From Escherichia phage slur02: a DNA stretch of 64,000 nt. Both the position numbers and the translations under genes were made by a program. The stretch lies in sequence record NC_028927.1; one strand, given 5' to 3'. Shown here piece after piece: positions 19,973 through 30,096 of this stretch; positions within the stretch are counted from its first letter, which is position 1; the number at the start of each line of letters is the position of its first letter. The notes beneath the pieces are model-generated. The model searched no databases. It worked only from the letters and a program-made list of their open reading frames with translations, and was not told the origin of the DNA.

Positions 19973-20215
19973 TTATTCCTTAATTCCTAGTACTTGTTTA
20001 AAAGTCTCGTCGTAATCAAGACTTTGGCCCGTTTGTTCTTTATGTTTGTATATAATATCACTTACTTCTGATAGCATATTTTTATATGAACGAGTTAAAG
20101 CAGATTTAAGCACACTGTATCTATCAGGAAATTTACCATGTTCATTATAATAAGCTATTGCTAATTCACGGACTGCCTTTTCAGCAGCCTCCATATATTC
20201 TTTACGCTTGGTCAT
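19973..20215 (-). CDS. hypothetical protein (nrdC.1 position)
   Basis: ORF 19973-20374, likely starting at internal Met (MTKRKEY...). Confidence 0.4.
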   Translation of the reverse strand: MTKRKEYMEAAEKAVRELAIAYYNEHGKFPDRYSVLKSALTRSYKNMLSEVSDIIYKHKEQTGQSLDYDETFKQVLGIKE

Positions 20216-20519
20216 TTTCTTCTCGGTCAAATCGGTGTTTACAATGGCGGCATTTATAACGAAGATTACTAGTCTGCCAATGGACCAATTGCACCTGTTC
20301 AGTTCCACATTCAGGGCAATTAGGAACGTTTTTAGAAGCCCTTTCGCGACGTTTAACCATAGCCATAATGGCATCCCATGCTGGAGGTTTAAAATCTAAA
20401 TCGTCACAACCATGAATCTTTCCACGCATTTCCATATCATCTTCCTCACCAGCCATAATAATTTTAATTAAACTGGAATTACTTGAAGCTGCAATGTCTT
20501 CTAATAGACGCTTTTTCAT
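20202..20519 (-). CDS. zinc-ribbon protein
   Basis: 105 aa; C-terminal CPECG...CRHCKH four-Cys ribbon. Confidence 0.5.
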   Translation of the reverse strand: MKKRLLEDIAASSNSSLIKIIMAGEEDDMEMRGKIHGCDDLDFKPPAWDAIMAMVKRRERASKNVPNCPECGTEQVQLVHWQTSNLRYKCRHCKHRFDREENDQA

Positions 20520-21445
20520 TTCAATACCTCAATAGCATTACGTAAACCATTTGCTTTTGCATTAAGAGCTTTTAACAATTTGGTGTGTTCTGCAATTTGG
20601 GCTTCAACTTCAATCAAACGAGCATTGAGATATTCGCGTTCTTCACTCAGATTATCAACCTTTTCTACTTTAGGCTCTTTTACAACTGTCTTATATGTAT
20701 TAGGGTTCTTCAGTTTAATTAGAATGCGTGAACTGTATAACATTGAACCATTATCTTCGGTTTCGTCATACATTTCTACTACATCCATAATTTTTAACAT
20801 CATGCGGAGTTTATAAGACAACGAACGAATAGTTTTGTTGTGCTTATTAATTTCTTTAGCTGTCATGGTGCCGAGATTACGTGAGTAATAATAAGGAACC
20901 TGGATATTAATTAATACTGATGAACCACCTGGCTTGTGTGTTACTTCATCAGCAATAACCCAATCCTTAACATGAACTGTATTTGTACGGTCATCGCCCG
21001 CGGTAAATAGTTTGCGAGCATGCTTAAAAAGCATATTCACTTGGTCATTGAATTGACAAGCAAATTTATCAGCAAATTTAGTTTCAGGAATGGTAGATAA
21101 CCAATCAGCCAAATGGGTCTTTTTAACATCGTTAACAATAGTAAATTCAACCAAATCAGTTATAGATGTCTCAGATTTAATAAAGCTCGGCTTCATAAAG
21201 TTTTTAATGTTATCGCGAGCTACAGTAGAAGATAACATACGAGAACGTTTAAACCATTGAAGCAAATTGCCCAACGAATGAGAATAAGCGTTTTGAGTAT
21301 CTTTACAGATATGATTTTCCTGGCCAACATATTGAAGGAAATCACGAAGAATATTATTGATTACTGCTCTGTGTCCGATCTGATAATTACGGTGTTTAGT
21401 AATAAGACTGTCAAAATAATCAATATAATGTTTACGAGTTTTCAT
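20516..21445 (-). CDS. hypothetical protein with C-terminal coiled coil (paralog family member 1)
   Basis: 309 aa; N-terminus MKTRKHYIDY; C-terminal heptad-rich segment. Confidence 0.55.
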   Translation of the reverse strand: MKTRKHYIDYFDSLITKHRNYQIGHRAVINNILRDFLQYVGQENHICKDTQNAYSHSLGNLLQWFKRSRMLSSTVARDNIKNFMKPSFIKSETSITDLVEFTIVNDVKKTHLADWLSTIPETKFADKFACQFNDQVNMLFKHARKLFTAGDDRTNTVHVKDWVIADEVTHKPGGSSVLINIQVPYYYSRNLGTMTAKEINKHNKTIRSLSYKLRMMLKIMDVVEMYDETEDNGSMLYSSRILIKLKNPNTYKTVVKEPKVEKVDNLSEEREYLNARLIEVEAQIAEHTKLLKALNAKANGLRNAIEVLK

Positions 21446-21497
21446 ATTCTTCTCACTTGGTTAATGATTTATACTCCGAGCCATCCTTGGCTTTAAA

Positions 21498-22499
21498 TTA
21501 CTTAATTAACTGTAAAGCTTGTTCAAGACGATCAAGACGATTAACGGATTCTTCCCAAATCTTTTTAGCCTGCTCATATTCTTTCTGCGCTTTATTAGAA
21601 ATTTCTAGAACTTCTTTATAAGCTTTTTCTAGTGCAATAACTTCTGGACGAATTTCTACCGGTTCAGGAGAATCATCAAGATTATCCATTAGTTCCTCAA
21701 GGGTAGTTTCTTCTTTAGGAGTATTCACAATTTCATCACATTTTTGTTGGTAAATTTCTTTATCAGTCGGTGAGTACGCACACTTTACTTCACGAAGACT
21801 AACTACAATTTTATATCCTTCCCAACCGCATATATTCTTAAAAGGATATGTATGAATATTTTCTACTGTTTCCATACAAAGTAATGCGGTCTCTAATTGA
21901 CGAGTTATAGTGCTAGCAATTGAGAAAAATTTATTAATGTTCTTTTGGTTAGTTTCTGGTGTAAAAAATCCATAATTCACAAAAATAGCTACTTTATTTT
22001 TATCAAGTTCATATTCTTTTATGATAATCATATCAGAAGCCAAAGGATGAATTTGACGATAATCACCATAACATAATTTAGAAGCTGATTTTAGAATTTG
22101 CTTCTTAAAAAGTCTGAAATTACTAATCCAACGACGAGTAAAAATATTCTCAGGGTCTTCTTTATTATTAAGATGATAAGAATTAACATCACCGAACCAA
22201 TTATATCCTACTACATCTTTGGTTCGTTTAATTTCTTTCCCAAAATTACCAAGAATATCCCGATTAACCAAATATGAAAGAAGACGAGACTCTTTAAAGG
22301 TTTTCTTGATAACATCTTTATCTACACGGCTAGAAATTTTACGAATTTCATGAATAAATTTAGTAGAAGAAACAATACTTGCATCAACACTATTGAGCCA
22401 TTGATTGATAATAGAAAGAACGATATTTTGACCAAACATCGGTATAGCTTTATCATCAATAACGCTATTGAATGATTTGATATATTCGTTACGAGTCAT
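21498..22499 (-). CDS. hypothetical protein with C-terminal coiled coil (paralog family member 2)
   Basis: ORF 21498-22529; start moved to ATG 22497-22499 (MTRNEYIKSF, GAGGAG RBS) because the track start lies inside the promoter -10. Confidence 0.55.
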   Translation of the reverse strand: MTRNEYIKSFNSVIDDKAIPMFGQNIVLSIINQWLNSVDASIVSSTKFIHEIRKISSRVDKDVIKKTFKESRLLSYLVNRDILGNFGKEIKRTKDVVGYNWFGDVNSYHLNNKEDPENIFTRRWISNFRLFKKQILKSASKLCYGDYRQIHPLASDMIIIKEYELDKNKVAIFVNYGFFTPETNQKNINKFFSIASTITRQLETALLCMETVENIHTYPFKNICGWEGYKIVVSLREVKCAYSPTDKEIYQQKCDEIVNTPKEETTLEELMDNLDDSPEPVEIRPEVIALEKAYKEVLEISNKAQKEYEQAKKIWEESVNRLDRLEQALQLIK

Positions 22500-22524
22500 A
22501 TTAATCTCCTCATTAGAAAGTAAG

Positions 22525-22560
22525 AACATTATACCACATCTTTGTGGCGAAGTAAACTAG
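22525..22560 (-). promoter_or_regulatory. T4-type early promoter
   Basis: GTTTAC (22552-22557), 18 bp spacer, TGGTATAATG. Confidence 0.6.
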
Positions 22561-23582
22561 TTTAGTGCATTTAGTGCATTGTTCAGTTTAGAACGTTGCT
22601 TTGTCAGATTTTGAACCCTTGACTGAGCTTGTTCTAACACCTTTTCAGCTTCTAGCACTTCATTGGTCGCTTTAACGAGTTCATCATCTACTGCCTTAAG
22701 AGACTTCTCAATCGCGTCAGCGTGCCATTTTTCTACAGGTTTAAGACTCGGATTTTCAACAGGAAGAAAATTCACTTTATTGAATTTCCATGCATCATTA
22801 TTACCTGAACTATACATCCAAAATTTAGAATCGTTTGATGAGTAATTGGATAAATTTAAATTTAAGTTATCTTGCACTTCTTGCTTTTTCTCTTGCGGGA
22901 CTTCGTCCTTTCTCAAAAAATCGTATTTAAATGAAACGATCATATCAAGTTCATATGTTGTCGTATCTAACTTAAATCGTTCAAAACGAGGTAAAATCTT
23001 AGATTGAACAGCAGCAACAACATCCATATACTTAAATGCTTCTGTCAACTGTGATTTAAGGCATTCACAAATTGAAAGAGAATTTTTTGTATTAGGTTTA
23101 AAGCTAATTCGTGCAGTTCTATTATTTTCTTTTAACGGTCTTACTTCCATCTGAAGAGTATAACCATCAAATTTCAGATTCTTTAAGTTAATATCAGAAC
23201 CTTTTAATCGACTAGCCGTAGACAAAATTTGCTTTAATTGTTTACGGAATAGAGCAATAAATCTCCATTCAAGACGATAATGATTTGGATTAAAAAATCC
23301 TGTTGATAAATCAACCTTACTCTGACCAACGCCTTGAACAAATAGAGGATTTTTATAATCAATAGTTTTACAGAAATCGGTGAGCTGCTCACGAGCAGTC
23401 ATTTGTGTAATATATCCCGCTTTACTAAAATGACGTAACCATTCACTGCTATTCATATATTTAAAGTGAATGGAACTATTAACTCTATCAGGGTCTAAAT
23501 TATTTTGGCACAAAAATGTCATAACATTACGGGTATAGCTAGCATTACGAACCATATCTTCAATTTGAGAACGAGTTTTCAT
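22557..23582 (-). CDS. hypothetical protein with C-terminal coiled coil (paralog family member 3)
   Basis: 341 aa; N-terminus MKTRSQIEDM; C-terminal coiled coil. Confidence 0.55.
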   Translation of the reverse strand: MKTRSQIEDMVRNASYTRNVMTFLCQNNLDPDRVNSSIHFKYMNSSEWLRHFSKAGYITQMTAREQLTDFCKTIDYKNPLFVQGVGQSKVDLSTGFFNPNHYRLEWRFIALFRKQLKQILSTASRLKGSDINLKNLKFDGYTLQMEVRPLKENNRTARISFKPNTKNSLSICECLKSQLTEAFKYMDVVAAVQSKILPRFERFKLDTTTYELDMIVSFKYDFLRKDEVPQEKKQEVQDNLNLNLSNYSSNDSKFWMYSSGNNDAWKFNKVNFLPVENPSLKPVEKWHADAIEKSLKAVDDELVKATNEVLEAEKVLEQAQSRVQNLTKQRSKLNNALNALN

Positions 23583-23590
23583 GGTGTTCC

Positions 23591-24499
23591 TTAAGATTTA
23601 AGTAAATCAACAATTTTAATTAATTTTTCACGCTCAGATTTAGCTTTACTACTCAGTCCAGATAGTCTGAAAATTTCATCGTCATATTGTTGAATAGAAA
23701 TATTCAGCTCTTCAATCTGCTTATTAAAATAATCAATTTGTTCAGAATGTTTTTCGTTACTACGAACTGGTACAGGTTTTGTAGGCAATTTAGTTGAACT
23801 GGATTCATCCGGGCGATAAATTAAAATACAACTTGAACCAATAGGGCATTTAGCACCAGATGAATATTCTAATGTTCCGGCTTCTTTTAAAACTTCAAAA
23901 GCTAAACAGAGATGATGCCCCATATTAACATAATCTGTAGAGTGAGCTCTGATATAATAATCATCGCCGCGAATACTAAATTTAAAGCATTTAAGGTCTT
24001 CTGTATTATTGGTCTTAAAAATCATTTGTTTATCTAGACCTTTAGCTAATCGAGCGCCTAATGCTAATAATCGTCGTTGATTTTCCCACAAATCCGTAAT
24101 CATTTGATCGAATGATAATTTAGGCATTAGTCGACCATAAAGGTCATATCCTTTATTATAATTGCGAAGGATTTCACTCGCATTAATACGAGACAACGCT
24201 CCAATTTTATTAAGGGCTTTCATGATGCGATCAGATAAACTCATTCCAGACCCGTTTGTTCGCTGTAAATGTTTATCTAATCCAAACCCAATATCAACTT
24301 TAAACTTATCTAAAATTTCTGCATGAACATCTCTGTCAATAACATTCAAATCCAAAGTTGGGTTAAATCTATGAAAAAATTTATCTGGCTCTCCACGACG
24401 AAGTACAGTCCATTCATTCAATTTTTTATTAACTAAAGATTTAATTACTGCATTGACATTATTAATTACTACTGACATATTTTCCTCACTCAATTTCAA
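23591..24499 (-). CDS. hypothetical protein with C-terminal coiled coil (paralog family member 4)
   Basis: 302 aa; C-terminal coiled coil. Confidence 0.5.
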   Translation of the reverse strand: MKLSEENMSVVINNVNAVIKSLVNKKLNEWTVLRRGEPDKFFHRFNPTLDLNVIDRDVHAEILDKFKVDIGFGLDKHLQRTNGSGMSLSDRIMKALNKIGALSRINASEILRNYNKGYDLYGRLMPKLSFDQMITDLWENQRRLLALGARLAKGLDKQMIFKTNNTEDLKCFKFSIRGDDYYIRAHSTDYVNMGHHLCLAFEVLKEAGTLEYSSGAKCPIGSSCILIYRPDESSSTKLPTKPVPVRSNEKHSEQIDYFNKQIEELNISIQQYDDEIFRLSGLSSKAKSEREKLIKIVDLLKS

Positions 24500-24893
24500 T
24501 TTTACTAAATACGCAGAATATGATGGAAAAGACTATATAAGCACCGCATACAGATTGAACTAATACCATTCCAAAGAACCAAACAATATTATCAAACAAT
24601 GTCTGTTTTACGTCGAAAGGACGTAAACTTACAGTAATATTATCGCCTTTTTCTATTGATGAATACATCTCTGGGGAAATATATTCACTAAATCTATAAC
24701 CGTCTTTGAGTTCATATACGGCAATAAACGATAAACTAGACCCCTTTCCTTGAGTTCCTGTAAGGGTATTAACTACAGTAACATCATAATCTTTATAATG
24801 CATATAATCATTAATTGCGTAATAACCATATGCAATTACTATACATAAACAACATATCAATAAATTCAATCTTTTAATTATCAACTGTTTCAT
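24486..24893 (-). CDS. membrane protein (two TM segments)
   Basis: 135 aa; N- and C-terminal hydrophobic helices; MotA-type promoter upstream. Confidence 0.5.
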   Translation of the reverse strand: MKQLIIKRLNLLICCLCIVIAYGYYAINDYMHYKDYDVTVVNTLTGTQGKGSSLSFIAVYELKDGYRFSEYISPEMYSSIEKGDNITVSLRPFDVKQTLFDNIVWFFGMVLVQSVCGAYIVFSIIFCVFSKIEIE

Positions 24894-24920
24894 AATAATC
24901 TCAATTAAAAGGGCTTAGAA

Positions 24921-24950
24921 CCATTATACCATCCTTGGTATAAAGCGGTT
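24921..24950 (-). promoter_or_regulatory. MotA-dependent middle promoter (putative)
   Basis: MotA-box-like CCGCTTTA, 12 bp spacer, TATAAT preceded by TGG. Confidence 0.45.
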
Positions 24951-25476
24951 ATGCGAGTACCGTCTTTAACCGTTCTTCAAACTTCCGAAGAGTATTCTGG
25001 CGTTCAGCTCTTTGCTTTTTGTAAGTTTCAATACGCTCTGAAATGAGAGTGTATCGTTCATTTACTGATTCTTTCATAAAATCAGGAATTTCACGAGAAG
25101 CTTTAATCTCGTCAAATTTATCAATAACAGCTTGCTCTTCAGCAATTAAGTTATCATACATCAAAATATCTTTCTTGATGAACTCAATATCTTCTTGAGT
25201 TACACGAGATAATTTAGATGCTTTATCCTTTTTGTACTGTTCGTTAGTATCACGAGACCAGTGTAATGTACGATTTTTATTCGTATTTTTGTAAATTTCT
25301 ACAATACCAATCTCATCAATAATAACGATCCAATTCCAACGAGATTTGTAAATTTGCCCTCCATCAACTGTGATTTCACCTCCGATTGAGATGTCATTAA
25401 AGAACTTGCTTTGTGCTTCTGATTTAAATTTACCATCATTGTAATTTACCAGGTTGAAAATATCTTTAGCGTTCAT
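24949..25476 (-). CDS. hypothetical protein
   Basis: 175 aa; GGAGG RBS; early promoter directly upstream. Confidence 0.55.
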   Translation of the reverse strand: MNAKDIFNLVNYNDGKFKSEAQSKFFNDISIGGEITVDGGQIYKSRWNWIVIIDEIGIVEIYKNTNKNRTLHWSRDTNEQYKKDKASKLSRVTQEDIEFIKKDILMYDNLIAEEQAVIDKFDEIKASREIPDFMKESVNERYTLISERIETYKKQRAERQNTLRKFEERLKTVLA

Positions 25477-25499
25477 TTTCTGTTCCTCCGTAGTTGATA

Positions 25500-25540
25500 G
25501 TTGTATAGTACCACAGAGGAACAGTCTTGTAAACCACTAA
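25500..25540 (-). promoter_or_regulatory. T4-type early promoter with conserved leader
   Basis: GTTTAC (25529-25534), GGTACTATACAACTATCAACT, then GGAGG RBS. Confidence 0.6.
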
Positions 25541-25851
25541 AAGAAACTTCTTTCACAATTTTTTCCACTGAACCACGCGCTCACTGCTTTCTTAGTCTCA
25601 GGAGCAGTGTTATCCATAAACCATTCAAAGGCAGCCTTTTTATGATTCTGGAGGGCTTCTCGGGCTTTAATCTGCTCACGGTCTATTAACACTAACATAT
25701 GAGCCTTTCTTGTCACCAAGGGCTTCTTATGATTTTTTGAATACTCCCAGTCATTTGTCCATCGCATTGTCGTTGCGAATTGAAATACAGCTTCTTTAAT
25801 TTTAGTTTCGTAAATTTCACGAGCCTTTGAGTATAACATCATTACCTCCAT
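25537..25851 (-). CDS. hypothetical protein
   Basis: 104-aa ORF. Confidence 0.45.
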   Translation of the reverse strand: MEVMMLYSKAREIYETKIKEAVFQFATTMRWTNDWEYSKNHKKPLVTRKAHMLVLIDREQIKAREALQNHKKAAFEWFMDNTAPETKKAVSAWFSGKNCERSFF

Positions 25852-25940
25852 TTACCAGTTTAATTCTAGTCATCTTTTTGATGGCAGTCCATATAATCTA
25901 TTTCTGAACTGCCTTTTTATCTTAGAAGTCCTCTTATGAA

Positions 25941-26909
25941 TTATTTCAGAAGAGTAACCTCAGCAATTTCTTCCCAACCGTTTTTGTCGGTCATAATAAA
26001 GTCAGCAAGATAAAGAGCAGTACGCAGTGAAACATTGCGTAAACGATTAACATTGACTTTCATCCATGATAATGCTTTATAAGTTTCTTCATCAGAAAGA
26101 CCGCGCTTTTGCATCATGTCGGTTGAAAGAATAACATCTTCAACCCTGACCATAATTTCTTCATTAGTGTGAACACCCAAATCCAAATAAACTGAGCGGG
26201 ACACTAATGCTTGTAAATGTGGAGCAAGTTTAGTACCACGGTCTAATTCGCGGTCAATGTCAACGTTTGTGATAAAAACAATCGTTCCTTTAAATTCAAA
26301 CTCACGCTCAATGCCTTTTTCTTCTAAGTAAGAAGATGCAGTGCTCCAGCAGACTTTACGGGTCTCTCCAGTGTCCAGAGCAGCTTTCAGAAGATTAAGA
26401 ATGTCCATATCAGAGAAAACATCCACATCATCAATCAAAAGGACAGAATTCTCTTCACGATTATTCCAAAGCTGTTCATAAAGACCGATACCGGAGATTT
26501 TACCGTTAATGCTTTTATATTCAATGTATCCAATATCATTTGCTTTATTTAAAGCTTTATCTAAAGAATACGTTTTACCAATACCTGCCGCACCAGAGAT
26601 AATTAATGAACGAATGTTTCCGTTAATAATACCATTCGTCATCATTCCCATAACATTAAATCTTTTATTAATGCGGGTTTTCATATCTTCATACGATTCT
26701 TTAACTTCTTCAACTTTTACACCATCATATGAAATGTCTGATTTGTAAACCCAAACACCGCGACGTTTACCGTCAATTTCAACAAAAACTTTACCATCTC
26801 CTTGCGCATCTACCGGAGCATTATCTGGGAACCATTCGCCTAAGAGCTCAAAAGTTCCAGAGATTTCTTTACCGAAGTAGATACCCTTATTGATAGTTAC
26901 AGTTTTCAT
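25941..26909 (-). CDS. P-loop NTPase (AAA-like ATPase)
   Basis: ORF 25941-27053; true start ATG 26907-26909 (MKTVTINKG, GGAG RBS) downstream of promoter and terminator; Walker A GAAGIGKT, Walker B LLIDDVD. Confidence 0.6.
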   Translation of the reverse strand: MKTVTINKGIYFGKEISGTFELLGEWFPDNAPVDAQGDGKVFVEIDGKRRGVWVYKSDISYDGVKVEEVKESYEDMKTRINKRFNVMGMMTNGIINGNIRSLIISGAAGIGKTYSLDKALNKANDIGYIEYKSINGKISGIGLYEQLWNNREENSVLLIDDVDVFSDMDILNLLKAALDTGETRKVCWSTASSYLEEKGIEREFEFKGTIVFITNVDIDRELDRGTKLAPHLQALVSRSVYLDLGVHTNEEIMVRVEDVILSTDMMQKRGLSDEETYKALSWMKVNVNRLRNVSLRTALYLADFIMTDKNGWEEIAEVTLLK

Positions 26910-26939
26910 TTTATTCTCCAAATCCGTATCAGTTGATAG

Positions 26940-26980
26940 TTGTATAGTACCATAAAGCTTTATGCTTGTAAACAACTTTG
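26940..26980 (-). promoter_or_regulatory. T4-type early promoter with conserved leader
   Basis: GTTTAC (26968-26973), GGTACTATACAACTATCAACTGATAC, leader near-identical to the 800-845 copy. Confidence 0.6.
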
Positions 26981-26995
26981 TGAAAAATTTTTGAA

Positions 26996-27022
26996 ATAAA
27001 AAAAGGGAGCCCGAAGGCTCCC
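26996..27022 (-). terminator. rho-independent terminator after the nucleotidyltransferase gene
   Basis: minus strand GGGAGCC-UUCG-GGCUCCC then UUUUUUU. Confidence 0.65.
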
Positions 27023-27024
27023 TA

Positions 27025-28038
27025 TCATTTATAATAACTTCGGTGGTTTTCAAGATAAACCTGTTCGAGGAAATTATTCCAAAAGCTCATATCTACTGTT
27101 TTAGGCATACCATTCTTAGAAGCTTCAGTAGATGCTGCTTCTACTTGATCGACCACATCTTCCAAAAACTCTTGAACCGTTTTAAATGGATGTTTACCCA
27201 ACTTCACGTCGAGAATAAATGGAGCGTCTTGAAGTGGATAAACCAAGTCACCAGTTTTGTAAATTTCCAATAGTTGAAGTCCACCACGACAAGCATGGCT
27301 CAGAGCTTTCCAGTCAATGCCTTCATTGGCTTCGGCCTTTCGAGCGCGTTCACCATATTCAGCATCTAATTTGTTCAGTGACTGCTTAAGCTCAATAAGA
27401 GAAAGCGTTGTCTGATATTTACGACCCAACACTGTGTAAAACGTCTGTGGGCCTGTTTTCTCATGATTATGGAACACCCATTCACAGAATTCGTTTTCTG
27501 GAAGACGATGCTTAATATCTTCAACTTTAGTACGACGCTGCTTAATGGAACCGTCTTCTTGGTAATCAACCCATTGCTCAGGGATTTGATTAACTACTTT
27601 CAATACATCACGTAATGCAGCCAAACGAGAACCCTTGACACCGTATTTAGAAGCTTGCTTGCGGACATATCCTAAATAGGATTTCATGTTAGTCGTATAA
27701 AAACGAGAACGGTTGTCTTGAATAAACTTCCACACATCAGGCAAATCTGATTTAACTACTAGCTCAGGTGGAGTGTGAAGCATATCCAATGCTACGGTTT
27801 CACCATCTGCTGCTAATTTAAAGAAATATTTAAGACTGTATAGTTCATGGTCAATATCATCTTTAGTGTTTTTAGATGATGTATTGTTAGTATTTTTACT
27901 CATATGCTCTTTAACATTTCCGATAAGAATATCGCGAGCAGGAGGAACAAAGATTTCTTTAAAATCTACATCAGATTCTGGGGTAGAAGTTCCATAAAGA
28001 TGACTACCAAAATAGCTTTTCATTACTGTTTTCATCAT
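27025..28038 (-). CDS. predicted nucleotidyltransferase (Pol-beta-like fold)
   Basis: 337 aa; N-terminal GSHLYGTSTPESDVD matches the hG[GS]...D.D NTase signature. Confidence 0.5.
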   Translation of the reverse strand: MMKTVMKSYFGSHLYGTSTPESDVDFKEIFVPPARDILIGNVKEHMSKNTNNTSSKNTKDDIDHELYSLKYFFKLAADGETVALDMLHTPPELVVKSDLPDVWKFIQDNRSRFYTTNMKSYLGYVRKQASKYGVKGSRLAALRDVLKVVNQIPEQWVDYQEDGSIKQRRTKVEDIKHRLPENEFCEWVFHNHEKTGPQTFYTVLGRKYQTTLSLIELKQSLNKLDAEYGERARKAEANEGIDWKALSHACRGGLQLLEIYKTGDLVYPLQDAPFILDVKLGKHPFKTVQEFLEDVVDQVEAASTEASKNGMPKTVDMSFWNNFLEQVYLENHRSYYK

Positions 28039-28496
28039 TCAGCCTTATATTCAATAACAGGACATACTTTAGCTTTACGAGCTTTTAAAAATTCGACGAT
28101 AATCGATTTCTTGGGTTGAATAGGAGGTAAACCTTTATACGCTCTATCAATATTTTCTACGTGTAAAGCATAATCCTTTTTCCATTTATAATCTTTATAT
28201 TTTTCACGCAAATGTGCAGGAATAACAAATGAACCGATAATAAGTAAAACAACCAAAAGCGCAAGTATAAATGCTGATGGAAGCAAAGTCCATAAACTAC
28301 CGAAAATAAGCCAACGTTGTAGGCTTTCTGCACAAATAATTGTTAACCCTACGAGTATAGCACACCCAAAAATAGAAACGAAAAATGTAGGAATGGCAAT
28401 AGACCAAAAATATGCGCATAATGTCTTAGGTCGTTGCCATTCATCGTTAAACAATTTGAATAATTTATAGTGCCAAGAGTTTTCATTAATAATCAT
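28035..28496 (-). CDS. integral membrane protein
   Basis: 153 aa; three or four hydrophobic helices. Confidence 0.5.
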   Translation of the reverse strand: MIINENSWHYKLFKLFNDEWQRPKTLCAYFWSIAIPTFFVSIFGCAILVGLTIICAESLQRWLIFGSLWTLLPSAFILALLVVLLIIGSFVIPAHLREKYKDYKWKKDYALHVENIDRAYKGLPPIQPKKSIIVEFLKARKAKVCPVIEYKAE

Positions 28497-28498
28497 AA

Positions 28499-29020
28499 TT
28501 ATCCTTTCATTGAAGGCGTAATGGTTGTTAAATACTTAATCATAGCTTCAGCTTCTGATTTTGATAATGAAATTTCTCCATTGTTTTGACGAATAGAAAT
28601 AAAATCCGGATGACGGTCACCACCAGCTTTTAAAACACACATATAAGTATCAACTTCACCTTCAATATTTGAAATGATTGAAGCAGTTCCACATGAATGT
28701 GGTTTTTGATAAATCAATGCAGCTTTTCTTCCACCATTTGACTGTTCATAGGCTTTTAATACATCAAACAAATCAGTTCTTTTATCAATAGCTAAAATGT
28801 TATTTTCATCTTCAATGTTAAATCCTTCGGATACTTCATAAAGCGTTACCCATAAATCACCGATGTCAATAACAGCATTTACTTTTCCACGGCTTTCAAG
28901 AGTATGACAAATTTTCTTGATTTCGTCATAACTCATTTTAATAATATCATCTCCTTGACTAAGGAAGATGTCATTTTTAAATTCAACACGAATTAAACCA
29001 CTTTCACTTGAAATAAACAT
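28499..29020 (-). CDS. hypothetical protein (tandem paralog A)
   Basis: 173 aa; C-terminus resembles next ORF (EAEAMIKYLTTITPSMKG vs EAIALKTYLDSVIPTMISK). Confidence 0.5.
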   Translation of the reverse strand: MFISSESGLIRVEFKNDIFLSQGDDIIKMSYDEIKKICHTLESRGKVNAVIDIGDLWVTLYEVSEGFNIEDENNILAIDKRTDLFDVLKAYEQSNGGRKAALIYQKPHSCGTASIISNIEGEVDTYMCVLKAGGDRHPDFISIRQNNGEISLSKSEAEAMIKYLTTITPSMKG

Positions 29021-29026
29021 ATTTCC

Positions 29027-29572
29027 TCACTTTGAAATCATAGTTGGAATAACAGAATCAAGATAAGTCTTTAGTGCAATAGCTTCGTCTTTGGTAAATG
29101 TGACAATATGTGCTCGAAAATCATCAATTTGACGAATAGTTAAGACATCTCCATCTTCATAACATTTTGATACGTTTAAAACAGTTTCATCATTCTGATT
29201 GCAAGCGTTAGTAATAATAGCATTGCAATTTTTAAACCATTTTAAACTATGTTTTCTTTCATTAGAATAATAAAAATATTTAATCTTATCTATAAAACTA
29301 TCCCAATGGATAACTGATAAGCATATTGACTCGCTTTCAATATTAAATCCTGGGCATGAAGAATAAAAATGAATTTTATGCTTATCATTAATGCTTACAA
29401 TTTTATCAGTATAAGGATTTTCAATTTTGGTTAAATGAATGATTTCACTAGGCGTAAAATACAGCATATCGTCTTCTTGTGTCAAACGATACATATTATT
29501 TACTTTTTCTATAGCCAATTCACCAAAAAGTGAACTAACTTCTAATACTAATCGTTTCGCCGCTACCGTCAT
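29027..29572 (-). CDS. hypothetical protein (tandem paralog B)
   Basis: 181-aa ORF. Confidence 0.5.
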   Translation of the reverse strand: MTVAAKRLVLEVSSLFGELAIEKVNNMYRLTQEDDMLYFTPSEIIHLTKIENPYTDKIVSINDKHKIHFYSSCPGFNIESESICLSVIHWDSFIDKIKYFYYSNERKHSLKWFKNCNAIITNACNQNDETVLNVSKCYEDGDVLTIRQIDDFRAHIVTFTKDEAIALKTYLDSVIPTMISK

Positions 29573-29699
29573 TACATACTCCTCTGAATCATATCAATAA
29601 TGTTGTTTACCAGATTATAAGTAAACATTGGGTAATTATATTGAATCATCACATACACAACAAACAAAACTTTCATTCTCTTCTCCTTGGCAGTTGACA

Positions 29700-29738
29700 A
29701 GATTACTATACCATAACCTTGCCAACTTGTAAACCATT
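29700..29738 (-). promoter_or_regulatory. T4-type early promoter
   Basis: GTTTAC (29729-29734), spacer, ATGGTATAGTAAT. Confidence 0.55.
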
Positions 29739-29899
29739 AAATGACGTTTTCAATAAAATTCTGAAGCTTTGTATGAGCATCAACCATGATTTTCATTTCT
29801 TCTTTGGCGAAAGCTATACCTCTTTCCCGAGAAGAACACTCATAGTCAGAAACTGCATTAGCATATTCTTCAATTAACTTCATTAAAAACATCTGCTTT

Positions 29900-30094
29900 T
29901 CAGTTTTCATTATTCCACCTAATCATTTCAAGATATTGAACTAACTTAGCTTTAGATTTATCCAAATCCTTTTTAGCTGCTTCTATACCGTCGTATGAAT
30001 ATCCTTCACAATGCTCAACTGCTAATTGATATGAATCTATTTCAATATCACGTGCTAATTTAATGATTTTTTCAAACTGTTCGCGTGTTAGCAT
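29900..30094 (-). CDS. hypothetical protein
   Basis: 64-aa ORF. Confidence 0.4.
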   Translation of the reverse strand: MLTREQFEKIIKLARDIEIDSYQLAVEHCEGYSYDGIEAAKKDLDKSKAKLVQYLEMIRWNNEN

Positions 30095-30096
30095 AC

